The position numbers and the translations under genes are program-made. A stretch of DNA of 12,549 nt from Octopus sinensis (lineage: Eukaryota): the NCBI RefSeq assembly GCF_006345805.1, contig NW_021826522.1:1-12549 (forward strand). The letters run 5' to 3'. Position 1 is the stretch's first letter. Every line of letters begins with the position of its first letter. The notes under the pieces are model-generated. The model was not told the DNA's origin and ran no database searches. It saw only the letters and a program-made list of their open reading frames with translations. This document shows positions 1 through 6,844 of this stretch, in pieces.

Positions 1-60
1 AAACCCAGACACATAATAAAGCACATAAACACACATCACAAACGCTCAACATTATTAGAA

Positions 61-395
61 TGTGCGAATATATATATATATATACACGCATATATATATA
101 TAAATATATATATATATACGCATATATATATATACATGCATATACATATATATATACACATATATATACATGTATATATATACATATCTATCTATATATA
201 TATATATTTATACATATATATATATACACATATAAATATACATATAATTATACATATACATATATATATTATATATATATATATATAGATATATATATAT
301 ATATAGATATATAGATATATAAATATACATATACATATACATGTATATATATATATATATATAATATCTATATATATATATATATATATATATAA
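61..395. repeat. Imperfect (TA)n/(TACA) microsatellite
   Basis: Direct reading: long TA runs interrupted by CA/GA; source of spurious YI-rich ORFs. Confidence 0.97.
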
Positions 396-817
396 ATGAG
401 CAGTTATACATCATTTTAATGAACCAGGAATCAGCGCAATCAGTATGCCCGTGCTAGTGTATATTAAATACCTAATAAAAATCTATCCAGGCGAGGATTA
501 ATGTTTCGTATTTTTTTCTCGTAGCACCTCTCATTATAGAGGAAGACGTCAAGTTTACGCGCATATCCATTGTTCATCGTAAATTTCAGTGCTAAAAAAA
601 CCCCAAAAAAACAGAGCAAAGTGTTGTGTTTCCGTTCAGTTGGCGAGCGAAATGAAATTTAGTGAAAAAAAAAAATACTAGCAAAAAATTGTGCTCATCA
701 TTTCATACACACATAACGAATTACTGTTAATGATTAGCATTTCAGACAGACTATCTTTACATGGGAAACACTAGACCAATCTCGATTAGGTTTCCATTTT
801 AATATCTATTACATAAA

Positions 818-1581
818 GGCTTGCGAGCTGGTACAATTGTTAGCATGCCGGGAGAAATGCTTAGCGATATTTCGTCTGCCGCTACGTTCTGAGTTCAAAT
901 TCCTCCGAGGTCGACTTTGCCTTTCATCCTTTCGGGGTTGATTAAATAAGTACCAGTTATGCACTAGGGTCGATATAATCGACTTAATCCGTTTGTCTGT
1001 CCTTGTTTGTCCCCTCTGTGTGTAGCCCCTTGTGGGTAGTAAAGAAATAGAAATAGGTATTTCGTCTGTCTTTACGTTCTGAGTTCAAATTCCGCCGAGG
1101 TTGACTTTGCCTTTCATCCTTTTGGGGTCGATTAAATAAGTACCAGTTACGCACCGGAGTAGATATATTCGACTTAATCCGTTTATCTGTCCTTATTTGT
1201 TCTCTCTTTGTTTAGCCCCTTGTGGGCAGTAAAGAAATAGGTATTTCGTCTGCCGTTACGTTCTGAGTTCAAATTCCGCCGAGGTCGACTTTGCTTTTCA
1301 TCCTTTAGGTGTCGATTAACTAAGTACCAGTTACGCACTGGAGTCGATATAATCGACTTAATCCATTTGTCTGTCCTTGTTTGTTTGTTCCCTCTGTATT
1401 TAGCCCCTTGTGGGTAGTAAAGAAATAGGTATTACGTTCTAAGTTCAAATTCTGCCGATGTCGACATTGCCTTTCATCCTTTCGGGATCAATAAATTAGG
1501 TACCAGTTGCGTACTGGGGTCAATTTAATCGACTGGCCCCTCCTCCAAAATTTCGGGCCTTTTGCCAAGAGTAGAAAAGAA
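818..1581 (+). mobile_element. Multimeric tRNA-derived SINE (family A): head + 3 internal ~180-190-bp units + terminal unit with a distinct tail
   Basis: Head GGCTTGCGAGCTGGTACAATTGTTAGC (A-box-like); B-box-like (G/A)AGTTCAAAT at 891, 1081, 1265 and 1441; repeated body CGAGGTCGACTTTGCCTTTCATCCTTTCGGGGTCGAT..AAGTACCAGTT; internal tail ..AGCCCCTTGTGGGTAGTAAAGAAATAG; terminal tail ..CAAAATTTCGGGCCTTTTGCCAAGAGTAGAAAAGAAT. Homologous to 3377-3952 on the minus strand. Confidence 0.9.
828..901 (+). promoter_or_regulatory. Internal RNA Pol III type-2 promoter (A box ~828-840, B box ~891-901) of the SINE head
   Basis: CTGGTACAATTGT and GAGTTCAAATT resemble tRNA A/B box consensus with typical spacing; activity not demonstrable from sequence. 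Confidence 0.6.
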
Positions 1582-1777
1582 TCGTTAGCATGTCGAGCAA
1601 AATTCTTAGAAGCATTTCGTCAATAATTACGTTCTAAGTTCAAATTCCACCGCCGTCGGCTATGCCTTTCATCCTTTCGAAGTCGATAAAACAGTATGAT
1701 TTGAACATTGGGGTCACTGCGATCGACTTGTTCTTTTCTCCGAAATTGCTGGCTTTGTGTCAAAATTTGAAACCAAT
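1577..1777 (+). mobile_element. Diverged monomeric family-A SINE with a third tail type, slightly 5'-truncated
   Basis: AGAATCGTTAGCATGTCGAGCAAAATTCTTAG head remnant, AAGTTCAAAT at 1636, TGCCTTTCATCCTTTCG core, tail CCGAAATTGCTGGCTTTGTGTCAAAATTTGAAACCAAT. Confidence 0.8.
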
Positions 1778-1839
1778 GTCTCATAGTTAATATAAGTACT
1801 TGAAAGAAACCGGAATTTTGCAGTATTACTTTATTAATT

Positions 1840-1912
1840 TTACAGTTCTACATTTAAGAGATGAGGAATTATGTACATTATTTACAATCGACGGTTATTT
1901 GTCCTCATCTTG
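1840..1912. repeat. Short dispersed-repeat fragment with a 9-bp inverted repeat (AGATGAGGA 1859-1867 / TCCTCATCT 1902-1910); possibly the end of a Penelope-related tail
   Basis: TACATTATTTACAATCGACGGTTAT matches TACATTATTTACATTTGACGGATAT near 4532-4556. The Penelope link is recollection only. Confidence 0.55.
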
Positions 1913-1988
1913 GACTGCCAACTCCAAGATTCCGAGTTCGATTCCAAGCAGTGACCTGAAAAAAAATAATAATAATAATAATAATAAC

Positions 1989-2030
<42 letters not shown>

Positions 2031-2105
2031 CTCGAAAAATACCCTAGGAATGAGAACCCAGGTTCGAAATTTCCCCAAGACACCTGAAGAAGGCTAGAGG
2101 GTTTA
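1913..2105 (+). mobile_element. Fragment of a second tRNA-derived SINE (family B): 3' half of the tRNA-like head, (AAT)n spacer, truncated tail
   Basis: CTGCCAACTCCAAGATTC overlaps the minus-strand head at 6727-6775 (CTACTAACCCCAAGATTC); B box GAGTTCGATTCC at 1934-1945; (AAT)n 1965-2030; tail GGAATGAGAACCCAGGTTCGAAATTTCCCCAAGACACCTGAAGAAGGCT. Confidence 0.7.
1965..2030. repeat. (AAT)n microsatellite
   Basis: About 22 near-perfect AAT units; explains the poly-N and poly-L ORFs. Confidence 0.97.
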
Positions 2106-3152
2106 TTGTATTCATTTTGTTGTACATTTTTACACTTTTATTGCCACCAAAGTACAGGGTGATTCAAAAGTCGCCATACATAGGAACAATTTATCATTTT
2201 TTATGAGGAACAGTTTCTAAGAACAGTTTTTTTCCTATTTAACAAGCTCTATATGGTTACCATTGTTGTGAATACACATTGCAATGCATTTACCCCACTC
2301 ACTGTGAACTCATAAATACCACATCTGATGATACGTATGCAAATGAGTTGGTGATGCGTTCGTTCAAATGATTTATGTCTTTTATCTTTCCGCGATACAC
2401 CAGGCCTTTCGAATGCCCCCAAAGATAGAAATCAAGAGGGGTCAGATCAGGGGATCTAGGGGATCTTATAAACTGTTTCTTATTAAAAAAATAAATTTTT
2501 CCTATGTAAGGAGACTTTTGAATCACCCTGTAGTCTCCATTTAAAGCAATGCATCGGTCCTGGCGCGTTTTCCACTGTTCGAAGCAGCGCTGGAACTCTT
2601 GCGAAGTGATGCCTTTTAACGCCTCCGTCGTTTTTTTTTTTCTCCACCTCTTCCACATTTGCAAATTCCGTAGCACCAGCTTCCATTACCAGTGATGACC
2701 TTTGAAAAAAGGTCGGGATCAATTTCCATCTTTTCTTTCAGTTCACGACATGCATTCAGTAGTGACTGCTTTTAATCTTCCGTGAGCAAACGAGACACCA
2801 ATTTTGCTGCAGTTTTTTTCATTCGCAATTTCTCGCTAAAAATCACTTGGCAGGTGTTCCAGGACACACAAAAATCATATCATCAAGTTCATCAATTGTT
2901 CTGTGATGATCCTTCAAGATCAATTCATAAATTTTCTTGATGATTACATTCGTTCGACGGTTGTTCTGAACTAGGTTAGTCTTCAAGCAACAAGTGACCA
3001 TTCCTTAAGCATGAAACACACTCGTAAACGTGTTTTGCTCATGGCAGCGTCCTTGTAAGATGTTTGAAGCATGATATACTGATCTGGCCGTCGTTTTCTC
3101 CAGCAGAAAACAGAATATTACGAAAAAAACGCACTTTCTTCGTGTCAGCCAT
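2101..3152 (-). pseudogene. Mariner (Mos1-like) transposase pseudogene
   Basis: Frameshifted segments from ATG at 3152: MADTKK / FCFLLEKT / MLQTSYKDAAMSKT / VYECVSCLRNGHLLLED*PSSEQPS (HTH region) / ELRMKKTAAKLVSRLLTED (WVPRLL-like linker) / DPDLFSKVITGNGSWCYG (ITGDESW-like) / deletion / FANVEEV-KKKTTEALKGITSQEFQRCFEQWKTRQDRCIALNGDY|FGGNK (mariner C-terminus, GDYFEG-like). Confidence 0.9.
2155..2530 (-). mobile_element. 376-bp non-autonomous (MITE-like, internally deleted) IS630-Tc1-mariner element with TA target-site duplication
   Basis: TA(2153-2154)-CAGGGTGATTCAAAAGTCGCCATACATAGG ... CCTATGTAAGGAGACTTTTGAATCACCCTG-TA(2531-2532): 28/30 TIR identity, extending imperfectly to ~65 bp. Internal transposase C-terminus PRSPDLTPLDFYLWGHSKGLVY...CIHNNGNHIELVK*. 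Confidence 0.93.
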
Positions 3153-3376
3153 CGCAAAAAATCGACGAACAGGGTAGAAGCAGTGCAAAACAAAACGACG
3201 CACCACGTAGCAGTAAGCCATCAACCGACGCCGCCGGTCGGGAGACTGATGCCTGAGGGTTGTATCAAGTGCCTTGTAGTGGCAGAAGCCTCAACTACAA
3301 CGGGTTTGTCCTATAGTGAACGTTTCCCGTTACTTTTGGGCACCCCTTCGTATATATTTCTCCCCAGCATATAATG

Positions 3377-3952
3377 TTTTCTACTCTAGGTACAAAGCCC
3401 GAAGATTAGATCGACCCCAGTACGCAACTAGTACTTAATTTATCGACCCCGAAATGATCTAAGGCAAAGTCGACCTCGACGGAATTTGAACTCAGAACGT
3501 AAAGACAGACGAAATACCTATTTCTTTACTACCCACAGTGGGGCTAAACAAGGACAGACAAACGGATTAAGTCGATTACATCGACCCCAGTGCGTATCTG
3601 GTACTTTATTTATCGATCCCGAACGGATGAAAAGCAAAGTCGATCTCGGCGGAATTTGAACTCAGAACGTAAAGACGGACGAAATACCTATTTCTATTTC
3701 TTTATTACCCACAAGGGGCTAAACACAGAGGGGACAAACAAGGACAGACATAGGTATTAAGTCGATTATATCGACCCCAGTGCGTAACTGGTACTTAATT
3801 TATCGACCCCGAAAGGATGAAAGGCAAAGTCGACCTCGGCGGAATTTGAACTCAGAACGTAACGCAGACGAAATACTGTAAAGCATTTCGACGGACGAAA
3901 TACCGCTAAGCATTTCGCCCGGCGTGCTAACGTTTCTCCCAGCTCGCCGCCT
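3377..3952 (-). mobile_element. Multimeric family-A SINE (head + 2 internal units + terminal unit) flanked by a 20-bp TSD
   Basis: Reverse complement gives GGCGGCGAGCTGGGAGAAACGTTAGCACGCCGGGCGAAATGCTTAGCGG head, three GAGTTCAAATTCC bodies and terminal tail TTCGGGCTTTGTACCTAGAGTAGAAAA. TSD TTTCTCCCCAG(C/T)ATATAATG at 3357-3376 and 3953-3972 (19/20). Confidence 0.93.
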
Positions 3953-4167
3953 TTTCTCCCCAGTATATAATGATGTACAACTGGACACGTTTATACAAAA
4001 TCTGTAACATGCAGTCAAAAGTAGTCTCATATCAGCATGTACTACGATTCTACTAGAGATTATAAAGCTTCCATCAACTATACCCTTTCATACTTCACTT
4101 AGGGAACATCTAGGACGTAGCAGATTGAGGGAAGTAGAAGCGCAACAGAAATGGGATGAAATTTTTG

Positions 4168-4235
4168 TCTTATCGACTTAGAAAAGATGAAAGGCTAAAA
4201 TTGCCATCTGTTCTATCCGAAGTCAGGACGTAATG
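4168..4235 (-). mobile_element. Old, highly diverged family-A SINE fragment
   Basis: TATCGACTTAGAAAAGATGAAAGGC...GAAGTCAGGACGTAA aligns with TATCGACCCCGAAAGGATGAAAGGC...GAACTCAGAACGTAA of the young copies. Confidence 0.6.
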
Positions 4236-4371
4236 AGTAGAAAAATTATCTCTATACATTCCAGCCGACGATATCAAAATGATGACTATCGATCATATTT
4301 CATAGTAATATAGCATATATGCGTGTATGTGTGCATGTATGTGTGTGCGGACATGTAGGAATGTGTGTCTA

Positions 4372-4394
4372 ATTATCTATCTATATCTAGTTTT

Positions 4395-4464
<70 letters not shown>

Positions 4465-4482
4465 TCTCTCTTTATATATATA
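4372..4482. repeat. Compound (CTAT)/(TTTC)n/(TC)n/(TA) microsatellite
   Basis: Direct reading. Confidence 0.95.
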
Positions 4483-4511
4483 ATGTGGTTTTTCAGCGCG
4501 ACAAATCTTCA

Positions 4512-4577
4512 GCTACATTATTTACGTTATTTACATTATTTACATTTGACGGATATCTTAAATACAGAGCTCTATAA
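4512..4577. repeat. Second fragment of the 1840-1912 repeat, with a 9-bp tandem (TACATTATT) expansion
   Basis: TACATTATT-TACGTTATT-TACATTATT-TACATTTGACGGATAT matches 1874-1898. Confidence 0.55.
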
Positions 4578-4584
4578 ATCTTCC

Positions 4585-4855
4585 TATCTGTCTGTATCTA
4601 TGTATTTATACATGTATGTATGTATGTATGTATGTATGTATGTATGTATGTATGTATTTATGTATGTATTTACGTATATATGCAAGCATGCATGTCTGTC
4701 TGTCTGTCTGTCTGTATGTCTGTATGTATGTATGTATGTATGTATGTATGTATGTATGTCTGAATGTATGCACGTATATATAAGCACATATGTAATTGTG
4801 TCTGTGCATGTGTATATAAAAGTGTGTGTTTATATGCAAAGTATATATATATGTG
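4585..4855. repeat. Compound (TATG)n/(TCTG)n microsatellite
   Basis: Direct reading. Confidence 0.95.
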
Positions 4856-5080
4856 AAGGTGTACATAAATCCGAGTGCATTTTCCAAGCTAAAGCGGCAA
4901 TTATCAGACATCTCTTTGATCCTTCCCTCCTCCCCATAATACCACAAAGGAAGCAAATAATTAGCGATTAATTAATTCAGATAAAGAACAACTAATTGCT
5001 TTTTATTAAAATATTTTCTTTTAGTACAACAGTGTCCCATCGAGGAAGCAGAGCCTATAGTTTTTATGTTAATGACATAG

Positions 5081-5140
5081 AGTAGTAGTAGTAGTGGTAG
5101 TAGTAGTAGTAGTATTAGTATTAGTAGTAGTAGTAGTAGT
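5081..5140. repeat. (TAG)n microsatellite
   Basis: AGTAGTAGT.. with a few TGG/TAT interruptions. Confidence 0.95.
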
Positions 5141-5180
5141 TTGAAATTAATACGGCGAAAGATTAAATCATGTAGAAGAT

Positions 5181-6425
5181 AATGGTAGTTGTAGTGGTGG
5201 TGGTGGTTGTGATGAAGATGGTGGTGGTGGTGGTGGTGGTGATGATGGTTGTGGTAGTAATGGTGATGGTGGTTGTGTTGGTGATGGAGGTTGTGTTGGT
5301 GGTAGTTGTGATGATGATGGAGGTTGCGGTGGTAGGGTGATGGTGGTTGTAGTAGTAGTGGTGATGGTGATGGTGGTTGTGTTGGCGATGAAGGTTGTGG
5401 TGGTGGTGGTTGTGACGGTAATGATAGTTGTTTTGGTGATAGAGGTTGTGGAGGTGGTGGTTTTGGTGATTGTGGTGGTGGTTGTTATGGTGATGACTGT
5501 TGTGTTGGCATGGAGGTTGTGGTGGTTGTGGTGGCGATGGTAGTTGTGATGTTCATGGTGGTTGTGGTGGCGATGTTGGTTGTTGTGGTGGTAGTGGGGG
5601 TTATGGTAGCGATGGTGGTCATGGTGGTGGTGGTGGTGGTTGTGATGCTGATGTTGGTCGTGTTGGAGATGGAGGTTGTGGTGGTGGTGGTGGTGGTAGC
5701 GATAGTGGTTGCTGTGATGATGGTGGTTGTACTGTTGATGGTGGTTATATTGGCGATAGAGCTTGTGGTGGTGTTGGTGATTGTGGTGGTGGTGGTTGTG
5801 ATGGTAATGGTGGTTGTGGTGGCGATGGTAGTTGTGGTGGTGATGGTGGTTGGGTGGTGGTTGTGATGTTGATGGTGGTTGTGGTGGCGATGATGGTTGA
5901 TGTGGTGGTAGTGGTGGTTATGGTGGTAATGGTGGTTGTGGAGGTGGTGTTGATTGTGATGGTGATGGTGATGGTGGTTGTGGTGGTGGTGGTTGTGATG
6001 GTGATGGTGGTTGTGATGGTGATGGTGGTTGTGGTGGTGATGGTGGTTGGGTGGTGGTTGTGATGTTGATGGTTATGGTGGTTGTGGTGGTGGTGGTGGT
6101 GTTGATTGTGATGGTGATGGTGGTTGTGGTGGTGGTTGTGATGTTGATGGTGGTTATATTGGCGATGGATGTTGTGGTGGTGGTGGTTATGGCATCGGCA
6201 GTGGTGTTGATTGTGATGGTGGCTATGGTAGCGATGGTGATTATGATGGTGATGATGGTTGTGGTGGCGATGGTGGTTGTACTGACAATGGGGTTTATGG
6301 TGGTGATTATGGTCGTGGTAGTGGTGGTGATGGTGGCTGTGATGATGATAATGTTTGGAGTGGTGATGATGGATGAGGTGATGGCGACGTTGCTGTTAGT
6401 GATGGGTGGCGCTGCGGTGCTGATA
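5181..6425. repeat. GGT/GAT/TGT trinucleotide low-complexity tract with internal block duplications
   Basis: Triplet-periodic NNT composition; exact 46-bp repeat at 5831-5876 and 6028-6073; exact 24-bp repeat at 5734-5757 and 6143-6166. Confidence 0.93.
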
Positions 6426-6518
6426 GTCACGGACTAAATTTAAGTAGGATTTGAAGTAAAAAAGCTCAATAGTAATGACATGTGCCACAATAATTATAGA
6501 GGCATACGTTTATTTTGA

Positions 6519-6726
6519 ATTCTTTTTCTTTTATTCTTTTATTTGTTTCAGTTATTTGACTGCAGCCATGCTGGAGCACCGCCTTTAGTCGAGCAAATCG
6601 ATCCCAGCAATTATTCTTTGTAAGCCTAGTACTTATTCTATTGGTCTCTTTTGGTGGACGGCTTAGTTACGGGTACGTAAACACGCCACCATCGGTTGTC
6701 AAGCGATGTTGGGGGGGGGGCAAACA
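6519..6726 (-). mobile_element. 3' half of a third SINE family (family C)
   Basis: Minus strand reads TGTTTGCCCCC..AACATCGCTTGACAACCGATGG..AATAAGTACTAGGCTTACAAAG..GGGATCGATTTGCTCGACTAAAGGCGGTGCTCCAGCATGGCTGCAGTCAAATAACTGAAACAAATAAAAGAATAAAAG with an A-rich simple-repeat end. I recall this as a high-copy octopus SINE; only one copy is in the window. Confidence 0.7.
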
Positions 6727-6775
6727 GAATCTTGGGGTTAGTAGGCCGCGCTCTTAACCACTACGCCATATGCCC
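6727..6775 (-). mobile_element. 5' half of the family-B tRNA-like SINE head (A box, no B box)
   Basis: Minus strand GGGCATATGGCGTAGTGGTTAAGAGCGCGGCCTACTAACCCCAAGATTC; TGGCGTAGTGG is a good A box; overlaps the fragment at 1915-1932. Confidence 0.75.
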
Positions 6776-6844
6776 GAGAAAGAGTGTTTCATATATTTTT
6801 AGATAACATTTAAATTACTAACATTCGCATCCAAAACCGTAAAC

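Larger units (their letters stand above)
2101..3352 (-). mobile_element. Decayed mariner-family DNA transposon, internally deleted, one TIR lost, interrupted by a nested element
   Basis: Terminal TTCCCGTTACTTTTGGGCACCCCTTCG-TA (3324-3352) is a mariner-like TIR plus TA; transposase remnants on the minus strand (see pseudogene); no matching TIR at the left end. Confidence 0.88.

Noticed and set aside
60-414. YI/HT/CV/MYV-rich ORFs here and at 4327-4971, 8859-9488 and 9580-11805
   Set aside because: Translations of di- and tetranucleotide microsatellites, which lack stop codons by composition.
841-1500. CRISPR-like or satellite interpretation of the ~184-bp tandem units
   Set aside because: No unique spacers; eukaryotic context; units carry B boxes and are bounded by a SINE head, tail and TSD.
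790-1800. TSD for the plus-strand SINE array
   Set aside because: No convincing duplicated flank found on either side of 818-1581 or 818-1777.
1800-2087. Poly-Asn (+) and signal-peptide-like poly-Leu (-) ORFs
   Set aside because: Both come from the (AAT)n spacer within a SINE fragment.
5337-6437. Gly/Cys-rich, Val/Met-rich and Thr-rich (mucin-like) ORFs as a structural-protein gene
   Set aside because: NNT triplet composition guarantees open frames; register breaks at TTGGGT; no signal peptide or convincing splice context.
6727-6775. Functional tRNA gene
   Set aside because: Only the D-arm/anticodon half is present, without T-arm or acceptor pairing; it is a SINE head.
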